24,283 bases of DNA from a virus (lineage: Duplodnaviria; Caudoviricetes): positions 1-24,283 of the IMG/VR virus record IMGVR_UViG_3300035670_001209. One strand, written 5' to 3'. Position numbers and translations under genes: made by a program. This document shows, in pieces, positions 1 through 5,211 of this stretch. How positions within the stretch are numbered: position 1 is the stretch's first letter; each line of letters begins with the position of its first letter. The notes beneath the pieces were generated by a model. The model saw nothing but the letters and a program-made list of their open reading frames with translations, ran no database searches and was not told where the DNA came from.

Positions 1-51
1 TCCTGTGATACCACTTTGAGTGGTTGTGAAGGTCTGTCCGACTTCCAGCAT
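1..51 (-). CDS. small hypothetical phage protein (5' part, runs off window)
   Basis: ATG at 51 reads MLEVGQTFTTTQSGITG...; preceded by AACGAAAGGAAAC RBS and promoter copy 1. Confidence 0.7.
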   Translation of the reverse strand, partial: MLEVGQTFTTTQSGITG

Positions 52-83
52 TTTGTTTCCTTTCGTTAGTAGTTGTAGGGGAC

Positions 84-105
84 ATTATACATGCCCCCTC
101 TGACA
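84..105 (-). promoter_or_regulatory. TGTCRG-N10-TANNNT promoter copy 1
   Basis: minus strand TGTCAG agggggcatg TATAAT. Confidence 0.8.
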
Positions 106-106
106 T

Positions 107-244
107 TTATAGACCGAAGTCTTGGCAGGTTAGCATTACTGCGTCATCTAGCGCCTCTACTAGTTCGGCTATGGTATCTTCGTCTAGATCTGATACCATG
201 TCGCTAGTTAGGCTTGATGACCATAGCTGTTTTACTTTAGCCAT
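107..244 (-). CDS. 45-aa acidic hypothetical protein (not in ORF track)
   Basis: MAKVKQLWSSSLTSDMVSDLDEDTIAELVEALDDAVMLTCQDFGL; start overlaps upstream stop (TAATG) with GAGGAGG SD. Confidence 0.75.
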   Translation of the reverse strand: MAKVKQLWSSSLTSDMVSDLDEDTIAELVEALDDAVMLTCQDFGL

Positions 245-525
245 TATTCCTCCTCGTCATTGTAGAGCCACGCTTCTAGGTGGTGTTGTTCAATAATAGC
301 CCATGCGGGTGCGGTATTTCTACCTTTATAAGATACGCCTTCAGGCATAGCAATTTCTCTATCTGAGTCTAATTCGTGATAAGCCTCAAGTGCCTCAATA
401 CAAGGTAGCACCATACTTTCGGGAACGGGTGGATAATGATTAGCAGTTAGGTGTATCTTTATAGCAGTAGATAAATCTAATCCTAAATCATAGTTGGCTA
501 AATCGGTAGCAAAATTACTCCCCAT
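244..525 (-). CDS. hypothetical phage protein
   Basis: ORF track 244..564; start reassigned to MGSNF (525) because GAGG SD precedes it and it avoids a long overlap. Confidence 0.75.
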   Translation of the reverse strand: MGSNFATDLANYDLGLDLSTAIKIHLTANHYPPVPESMVLPCIEALEAYHELDSDREIAMPEGVSYKGRNTAPAWAIIEQHHLEAWLYNDEEE

Positions 526-790
526 CTGATAATACCTCGTTTCGTAGAGTTTCCAATTCGTCAATAGTAGCCATAAGGTCTGAGAATTGGTCTTTAGTTA
601 GAATTGCCTTTGTTGCGCCATCTACGGCGTTTGAGGCTACCATTGTCGCATACATGAACATGGCTTTAGCAAAATCATCTTGCGATAAATTGTTGCGTTC
701 ATGGCAGATAAATTGGGCAAGACCCATTGAGTCATCTTCCATAATTGCTTTTTCAGTTGCCTGAATAAGAGCAGTTGCGGTGCTTATCAT
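515..790 (-). CDS. hypothetical phage protein
   Basis: 91-aa ORF with AACGAAAGGAAAA RBS and promoter copy 2. Confidence 0.8.
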   Translation of the reverse strand: MISTATALIQATEKAIMEDDSMGLAQFICHERNNLSQDDFAKAMFMYATMVASNAVDGATKAILTKDQFSDLMATIDELETLRNEVLSDGE

Positions 791-818
791 TTTTTCCTTT
801 CGTTGTGTTGAGGGCTAG

Positions 819-840
819 ATTATAGCCTAGCCCTCTGACA
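819..840 (-). promoter_or_regulatory. TGTCRG-N10-TANNNT promoter copy 2
   Basis: TGTCAG agggctaggc TATAAT; -10 lies within inverted repeat GAGGGCTAG/CTAGCCCTC (810-835). Confidence 0.8.
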
Positions 841-843
841 TTT

Positions 844-1098
844 TTAGGCTAAGGCTAAGAAAGCCTGCGTAGCGCCATCATTGACACGGGCTAATTCTGC
901 CTCTAACTCATTACGAGTAAATTTGGCAGGATTACCGATAAGTTCGGCTATCATCTGAGCATTCTCATCAGCAAAAACACCTTCAGGTAATCTTGCTACT
1001 TGTGGAGCAAAACTTCCATTAGGGTCAAGCATTGATACAAAATCAACACCATCAACGGAAAACGGGTATTTCACCCAATTAGTTGTATCTAAAGACAT
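844..1098 (-). CDS. hypothetical phage protein
   Basis: 84-aa ORF with conserved RBS and promoter copy 3. Confidence 0.8.
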   Translation of the reverse strand: MSLDTTNWVKYPFSVDGVDFVSMLDPNGSFAPQVARLPEGVFADENAQMIAELIGNPAKFTRNELEAELARVNDGATQAFLALA

Positions 1099-1129
1099 TT
1101 ATTTTCCTTTCGTTGTCGTTAGGTTAGGA

Positions 1130-1151
1130 ATTATACATTAGACTACTGACA
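1130..1151 (-). promoter_or_regulatory. TGTCRG-N10-TANNNT promoter copy 3
   Basis: TTGTAA a TGTCAG tagtctaatg TATAAT. Confidence 0.8.
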
Positions 1152-1178
1152 TTTACAATTTGAGCATCGGCGTGTCTT

Positions 1179-1194
1179 TGTGATAGATCTCACA
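1179..1194. promoter_or_regulatory. CRP-family binding site
   Basis: TGTGA tagatc TCACA, perfect match to CRP/GlxR consensus. Confidence 0.65.
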
Positions 1195-1331
1195 AATTTT
1201 AGGGCATTTTTAATTTGACTCGTAACTGCGTTTTGTGCCACTCTCCTTTGCGGGCCAAGATCTATTCTGTCAAATCAAAACGCTTTTTGTGTTTAAATTT
1301 TCTTTTATAAATTTTTTTTGAGGGAATTGGT

Positions 1332-1353
1332 TGCGCCGCATTACTACGGCGCA
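1332..1353 (-). terminator. GC-rich hairpin, possible terminator
   Basis: TGCGCCG-8nt-CGGCGCA just after the 1368 stop; no clear U-tract. Confidence 0.35.
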
Positions 1354-1367
1354 GCTCCAAAACTTTT

Positions 1368-1559
1368 TTAATTCGTGGTAAATTTTGGAACATGATAATT
1401 GCTCGCTTTGTGAAATCTTACAACATCAAATCGCTCATTGTCTTTCGCAAACATCTCCGCAAAATCATTTACCATTTTAGAAAAAACGGCTGGGTGAGTT
1501 TTATCTGAAACATAGGCGAGAATTCTCGCCGTTTCAACATAGTCTTTTCGTGTCATCAT
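1368..1559 (-). CDS. small hypothetical phage protein (MTRKDY...DNxRFD type)
   Basis: 63-aa ORF, translationally coupled to upstream gene (TAATG). Confidence 0.8.
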   Translation of the reverse strand: MMTRKDYVETARILAYVSDKTHPAVFSKMVNDFAEMFAKDNERFDVVRFHKASNYHVPKFTTN

Positions 1560-1714
1560 TAAACTAATTCTCCTTCATAGTCTAGGACTTCAAAAGCATC
1601 AAATTTATCTAATTCGCTTTCAGATAAATTATTGAGAGATTTACGGAGAGCGAAGATAGCAGACAAATCGTTGTCTGCCTCAACAGTATAAGTAATCAAG
1701 ACGATTTTTTTCAT
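1559..1714 (-). CDS. 51-aa hypothetical protein
   Basis: start reassigned to MKKIVL (1714) after AGGAGG SD; track start 1792 overlaps neighbour. Confidence 0.7.
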   Translation of the reverse strand: MKKIVLITYTVEADNDLSAIFALRKSLNNLSESELDKFDAFEVLDYEGELV

Positions 1715-1715
1715 C

Positions 1716-1925
1716 TTAGTTAGCCTCCTGACTTGTAAAGAGTTCGGGTTCGGAGAGCAACCCATTATCCCAAATAACATCTCCGCCATCAAGAATTAGT
1801 TCGTATGGATTACATACGCAATTCTCAAAATCGTAGTCATCTCCATTAGACCAATAGAGAGTTCCGACACCATTACAAAAATCGCAATTAGCGATTAGTT
1901 TTAGAGCATAATCTAATTTACTCAT
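1716..1925 (-). CDS. small Cys-rich (CxxCxGxG...CxC) zinc-binding protein
   Basis: CDFCNGVG...ENCVC; conserved RBS. Confidence 0.8.
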   Translation of the reverse strand: MSKLDYALKLIANCDFCNGVGTLYWSNGDDYDFENCVCNPYELILDGGDVIWDNGLLSEPELFTSQEAN

Positions 1926-2054
1926 TTAGTTTTCCTTTCGTTCGTTGTTGTCTTGAATTGTAGCAGAAGCCACCGACAAAATAGCGGTGAGGTTTTGCTG
2001 GCGTGTCGCCTCACGCTCAGCTTTTACATAATTTCTGAATTCGATCAAATCCAT
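1926..2054 (-). CDS. 42-aa hypothetical protein overlapping promoter copy 4 (not in ORF track)
   Basis: MDLIEFRNYVKAEREATRQQNLTAILSVASATIQDNNERKEN; GAGGA SD; stop abuts next ATG. Confidence 0.6.
   Translation of the reverse strand: MDLIEFRNYVKAEREATRQQNLTAILSVASATIQDNNERKEN
1957..1978 (-). promoter_or_regulatory. TGTCRG-N10-TANNNT promoter copy 4
   Basis: TGTCGG tggcttctgc TACAAT. Confidence 0.75.
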
Positions 2055-2055
2055 T

Positions 2056-2253
2056 TTAGTTATCCTCAACTTTCACGGCGATAGTCGCCCATTTATTTCC
2101 ATTGAAACGGATAGCGTAGGCATTATAGCCGTCAAGCCAGATGTCATCACGCTTTTCGGCAAAAGTAATTTCGCCGTATTGGTATTTTCTCGCAAGAGAG
2201 CGAGGATAGTAAGTTTGACCTATTAGCAGGTCTTCAATTGAATAAGTTTTCAT
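2056..2253 (-). CDS. hypothetical phage protein
   Basis: 65-aa ORF with conserved RBS and promoter copy 5. Confidence 0.8.
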   Translation of the reverse strand: MKTYSIEDLLIGQTYYPRSLARKYQYGEITFAEKRDDIWLDGYNAYAIRFNGNKWATIAVKVEDN

Positions 2254-2281
2254 TTAAGTTTTCCTTTCGTTTAGTTATTAC

Positions 2282-2303
2282 ATTTTAGCAGAGGGGTCTG
2301 ACA
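2282..2303 (-). promoter_or_regulatory. TGTCRG-N10-TANNNT promoter copy 5
   Basis: TGTCAG acccctctgc TAAAAT. Confidence 0.8.
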
Positions 2304-2305
2304 TT

Positions 2306-2437
2306 TTAGAATTCAAGAATTCCGTAGTATCTCTCAAAATCCTCGATAGTCATTAGGCCTTTATACTCATCACAATTACCGCAGAATTTCACATCTTCGG
2401 AATAATACTTTTCACAGAAGCAACAAATTATTTTCAT
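2306..2437 (-). CDS. 43-aa zinc-ribbon-like protein (not in ORF track)
   Basis: MKIICCFCEKYYSEDVKFCGNCDEYKGLMTIEDFERYYGILEF; two CxxC; GAAAGGAAAA RBS. Confidence 0.75.
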   Translation of the reverse strand: MKIICCFCEKYYSEDVKFCGNCDEYKGLMTIEDFERYYGILEF

Positions 2438-2463
2438 TTAGTTTTCCTTTCTTTAGGGTCTAA

Positions 2464-2485
2464 AGATTACCATAACCCACCGACA
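2464..2485 (-). promoter_or_regulatory. TGTCRG-N10-TANNNT promoter copy 6
   Basis: TTGAAA a TGTCGG tgggttatgg TAATCT. Confidence 0.75.
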
Positions 2486-2512
2486 TTTTCAATTCGACAC
2501 GCCGCTATTTTT

Positions 2513-2528
2513 TGTGAGGAATTTCACA
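2513..2528. promoter_or_regulatory. CRP-family binding site
   Basis: TGTGA ggaatt TCACA, perfect consensus. Confidence 0.65.
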
Positions 2529-2620
2529 AATTTCCAGGGGTTTCTTAAATCGGACGTAACGGATAAATCGCCCGCACAACTGCATGCGGGCAGCCGCCTT
2601 TTGTCAAGGCGACACGCCGA

Positions 2621-2707
2621 TTATGACGCTATAAATAGCACAAAAGCAAAGCCTAGCCCTACGCACATTAACAATAGGGCGGCGGTCTGAATAAGTTGCC
2701 AGATCAT
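2621..2707 (-). CDS. 28-aa single-TM membrane peptide (not in ORF track)
   Basis: MIWQLIQTAALLLMCVGLGFAFVLFIAS; GAGGAG SD; ATGA overlap with upstream gene. Confidence 0.6.
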   Translation of the reverse strand: MIWQLIQTAALLLMCVGLGFAFVLFIAS

Positions 2708-2877
2708 ACTAACTCCTCTAATTCTTCTAATTCTTCCAATTCTAATTCATGCTCTAGCAATTCGTCAAGAGATAAATCTCTCTCTGTTTCGTATTCGTCA
2801 AACTCTACTGAGTAATTACTCTGTATCGTTTCGTATTTGTATTCATTGACATTTCTTTCCCATGACATTTGATACAT
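2704..2877 (-). CDS. 57-aa highly acidic protein (not in ORF track)
   Basis: MYQMSWERNVNEYKYETIQSNYSVEFDEYETERDLSLDELLEHELELEELEELEELV; AAAGGAA SD. Confidence 0.7.
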   Translation of the reverse strand: MYQMSWERNVNEYKYETIQSNYSVEFDEYETERDLSLDELLEHELELEELEELEELV

Positions 2878-2889
2878 TTATTTATTCCT

Positions 2890-3033
2890 TTACTTTCTCT
2901 TTTTCCAAATCTTATACGCTACCACTGACACTAGAACAATTCCCATAAGTAGCCATGAGATAGAGGCGTATCCTTGCGCCCCGCTAATGTGTAATCCAAA
3001 AGAGTCTAGCTCTATGCTTAAGTATCTATCCAT
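2890..3033 (-). CDS. 47-aa membrane protein (not in ORF track)
   Basis: MDRYLSIELDSFGLHISGAQGYASISWLLMGIVLVSVVAYKIWKKRK; C-terminal TM followed by basic tail. Confidence 0.7.
   Translation of the reverse strand: MDRYLSIELDSFGLHISGAQGYASISWLLMGIVLVSVVAYKIWKKRK
2909..2930 (-). promoter_or_regulatory. TGTCRG-N10-TANNNT promoter copy 7 (inside CDS)
   Basis: TGTCAG tggtagcgta TAAGAT. Confidence 0.65.
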
Positions 3034-3047
3034 TTTCTTTTATTCCT

Positions 3048-3119
3048 TTACTTTAGAATCTCTATTACTAGCATTATGAACGCTGGCACTGCGATTATTA
3101 GTCCGATTATTTCTACCAC
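3048..3119 (-). CDS. 23-aa hydrophobic peptide (not in ORF track)
   Basis: GTG start, MVEIIGLIIAVPAFIMLVIEILK; full AACGAAAGGAAAA RBS. Confidence 0.55.
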   Translation of the reverse strand: MVEIIGLIIAVPAFIMLVIEILK

Positions 3120-3143
3120 TTCTTTTCCTTTCGTTAGAGGGTC

Positions 3144-3184
3144 TTATTCGCTAGGCTCACCTTTCGGATTATTTGCTAGGCTCA
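3144..3184. repeat. 16-bp direct repeat pair in 5' leader
   Basis: TTATTCGCTAGGCTCA (3144-3159) and TTATTTGCTAGGCTCA (3169-3184). Confidence 0.85.
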
Positions 3185-3210
3185 TACCCTTATTTAATTG
3201 TTATGTCGTT

Positions 3211-3232
3211 AGACTATCAGAGGGGTCTGACA
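3211..3232 (-). promoter_or_regulatory. TGTCRG-N10-TANNNT promoter copy 8
   Basis: TTGAAA a TGTCAG acccctctga TAGTCT. Confidence 0.75.
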
Positions 3233-3261
3233 TTTTCAACTCGACACGCCGTGGGGCGGTG

Positions 3262-3277
3262 TGTGATTTATGCCACA
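3262..3277. promoter_or_regulatory. CRP-family binding site (1 mismatch)
   Basis: TGTGA tttatg CCACA. Confidence 0.5.
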
Positions 3278-3378
3278 CACTCGCAATGCTCTACATCATA
3301 ATTATTTTCATCTCCCCAAAAGATGAAGCCAGCTCCCTTACATTCATTACATTCAACTCTGCTTATTGCGTTTATCAT
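3268..3378 (-). CDS. 36-aa Cys-rich protein, paralogue of 1716..1925 (not in ORF track)
   Basis: MINAISRVECNECKGAGFIFWGDENNYDVEHCECVA; GAAAGGAAA RBS. Confidence 0.75.
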   Translation of the reverse strand: MINAISRVECNECKGAGFIFWGDENNYDVEHCECVA

Positions 3379-3399
3379 TTATTTATTTCCTTTCATTTC

Positions 3400-3558
3400 T
3401 TAGAGTATAGCGTCTGCTACTGACATTTCCTCTATGGTGTAGCCATTGGCTACGAGAGTTTCCATGAGGTAGTTTATTGACCACTCATTGAGCATGAGGC
3501 GGTTATCAACGGAAACAAAGTTTCCTTCCTTTTCGGCGGTATAACTAAGTGTAAGCAT
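3400..3558 (-). CDS. 52-aa hypothetical protein, first gene of leftward array (not in ORF track)
   Basis: MLTLSYTAEKEGNFVSVDNRLMLNEWSINYLMETLVANGYTIEEMSVADAIL; GAAAGGAAGG SD. Confidence 0.7.
   Translation of the reverse strand: MLTLSYTAEKEGNFVSVDNRLMLNEWSINYLMETLVANGYTIEEMSVADAIL
3404..3425 (-). promoter_or_regulatory. TGTCRG-N10-TANNNT promoter copy 9
   Basis: TGTCAG tagcagacgc TATACT. Confidence 0.75.
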
Positions 3559-3591
3559 TATTACTTACCTTCCTTTCTATCTAATAACTTT

Positions 3592-3613
3592 ATGCTATAC
3601 CCCCCCACTGACA
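3592..3613 (-). promoter_or_regulatory. TGTCRG-N10-TANNNT promoter copy 10
   Basis: TGTCAG tgggggggta TAGCAT. Confidence 0.7.
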
Positions 3614-3634
3614 ATTACCACCAGACAAATGCCA

Positions 3635-3722
3635 ACAAATCGGACATTGGTGATGTTAATCACATGCCGCTGGTGTGATAGTAATCACATATGGGCGCAG
3701 TATTGGTACAAATCGGACATTG
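3635..3722. repeat. 15-bp perfect direct repeat enclosing two CRP-type sites
   Basis: ACAAATCGGACATTG at 3635-3649 and 3708-3722; GGTGA-N6-TCACA 3649-3664 and TGTGA-N6-TCACA 3674-3689. Confidence 0.85.
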
Positions 3723-3783
3723 AAATATCGTGGATCATACAAAATAAAATAATATTAACATTTTTAGAAATCTGATTTTATAG

Positions 3784-3812
3784 TTGACTAAAATAAAACA
3801 AAAAGATATAAT
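3784..3812 (+). promoter_or_regulatory. sigma70/SigA-type promoter, leaderless transcript
   Basis: TTGACT-N17-TATAAT, 6 nt before the GTG start. Confidence 0.75.
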
Positions 3813-3818
3813 GGACGG

Positions 3819-4604
3819 GTGGCAGAAAAAAATACAATAACAATATACTGGTCTTGTCCAACTTTTAATTTTCAACAAGATTCCTGGAATATGCTCTATT
3901 CAGAGCCAGAGCCAGTAATGAATTATCTGCTAACAAAAAAGAAGCCTATTAAAGATAGAAGGATGAGCGTATTGTCTTGTCCAGCTTCAAATGACTTTTT
4001 TAAAAACTTATACGTATTTAGATCAACCATAAATGATAGCTGCACTTGGCCTGAAGGATATTTAAAAGCGGTGGCGGAAGAAATGGGCCCTAAGCAAATG
4101 GATGAATCTTTAGACTTAGATCCTTCATATGGAAATAAGATAACTTTAGTATCTCCAAGACCTTCTTCAGTTGAGGGCCATATAGATCTACTTTATAATC
4201 TATCTTGGATATTTTTTGCAGATGAGCCATTAGTGGCTAGATTTACTGCTCCATACTATCCACCATTTACCCCTATGGAGGGAGCAATTTTAACAAGCGG
4301 GCAGTTTGATATAGGTCAATGGTTTAGGCCTTGGAATTTAAACTATTTTGTTCCATATGATACTCCTGGATTTGAAATAAAAGAAAACGATCCCATATTT
4401 TATTTTCATGCATTTACAGATAAGAGAATTGTATTTAAAAGATTTAATTGTGTTCAATCTCTGCAGACACTATACAATGAATTTGTTAGATCTCCAGGAA
4501 GATATGAAAGATTTGTTCCTTTAGCCAAGAGATATGAATTAGCTAAAAAAACTAAAACACGAGAAATTATTCTTAAAGAAATTAAAAATAATCTAGTCGA
4601 CTAG
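3819..4604 (+). CDS. conserved hypothetical phage protein (possibly DUF6065/dUTPase-like fold)
   Basis: 261-aa ORF; SCPA...LYVF, GQFDIGQWFRP and IKENDPIFY motifs; weak resemblance to 21975..22688. Confidence 0.6.
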   Translation: MAEKNTITIYWSCPTFNFQQDSWNMLYSEPEPVMNYLLTKKKPIKDRRMSVLSCPASNDFFKNLYVFRSTINDSCTWPEGYLKAVAEEMGPKQMDESLDLDPSYGNKITLVSPRPSSVEGHIDLLYNLSWIFFADEPLVARFTAPYYPPFTPMEGAILTSGQFDIGQWFRPWNLNYFVPYDTPGFEIKENDPIFYFHAFTDKRIVFKRFNCVQSLQTLYNEFVRSPGRYERFVPLAKRYELAKKTKTREIILKEIKNNLVD

Positions 4605-4680
4605 AATATTATGTTTAACGTGAAACATTACTGTTAAACATTTGGGGCGGGGAAGAAAAAGATGCTAAAATATTCCCAGG

Positions 4681-4962
4681 ATGAAGAGTGAGAAGCTCTC
4701 AGTAGCTAAGCAAAAAGCTTATCTATATAAGTATATACGGGAATATAAGGAACGAAATCCTTGTGTTGACTGTAAGGTGCAATATCCCTATTATGTGATG
4801 GATTTTGATCACGTTCGGGGACGGAAGCACAAAAACGTCATGGAATTAGTTCCATCTCTCAGTAAAAAGAAAATAGATGAAGAAATAGCTAAATGTGAGG
4901 TAGTTTGCTCTAATTGTCATCGAATTCGAACACATCTAAGAAAAGAGAAGAAATCAGGATAA
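4681..4962 (+). CDS. HNH endonuclease-family protein
   Basis: CVDC...DFDHV...CEVVCSNCHRIRT. Confidence 0.85.
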   Translation: MKSEKLSVAKQKAYLYKYIREYKERNPCVDCKVQYPYYVMDFDHVRGRKHKNVMELVPSLSKKKIDEEIAKCEVVCSNCHRIRTHLRKEKKSG

Positions 4963-5069
4963 TGGAGACAGCATTTATCATTGGATGCATAATGGGCATT
5001 ATTCTTATGGGATTTGCCTTACTTGCATCCTTTAATGATAATAATGATCATTGGAGACATAAGGGGTAA
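4962..5069 (+). CDS. 35-aa membrane peptide (not in ORF track)
   Basis: METAFIIGCIMGIILMGFALLASFNDNNDHWRHKG; TAATG coupling to HNH gene. Confidence 0.6.
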   Translation: METAFIIGCIMGIILMGFALLASFNDNNDHWRHKG

Positions 5070-5148
5070 TATTCTCTTCTAGTCCGCCGCCGCAATTTTT
5101 TGGCACTTTTTTGCAATTTGACGCAATTGCACTATATAAACAATACTA

Positions 5149-5177
5149 TTGACTATACCACCCCAATAATATAGAAT
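5149..5177 (+). promoter_or_regulatory. sigma70/SigA-type promoter
   Basis: TTGACT-N17-TAGAAT upstream of 5212. Confidence 0.65.
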
Positions 5178-5211
5178 ATCTTCTAAAGAAGTACTTATAT
5201 TAAGGAGAATA

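Noticed and set aside
3076-3423. 115-aa plus-strand ORF in the track
   Set aside because: Antisense to three minus-strand mini-genes and two promoters, with no SD; a shadow ORF
55-3613. CRISPR array or integron attC array as explanation for the repeats
   Set aside because: Repeats are short, degenerate and irregularly spaced, separated by ORFs, and carry -10 and SD features; no cas or integrase gene in the window and no attC-type R-box structure
4681-4962. HNH gene as a mobile homing endonuclease or intron
   Set aside because: Free-standing 93-aa gene with no interrupted host gene or intron structure around it
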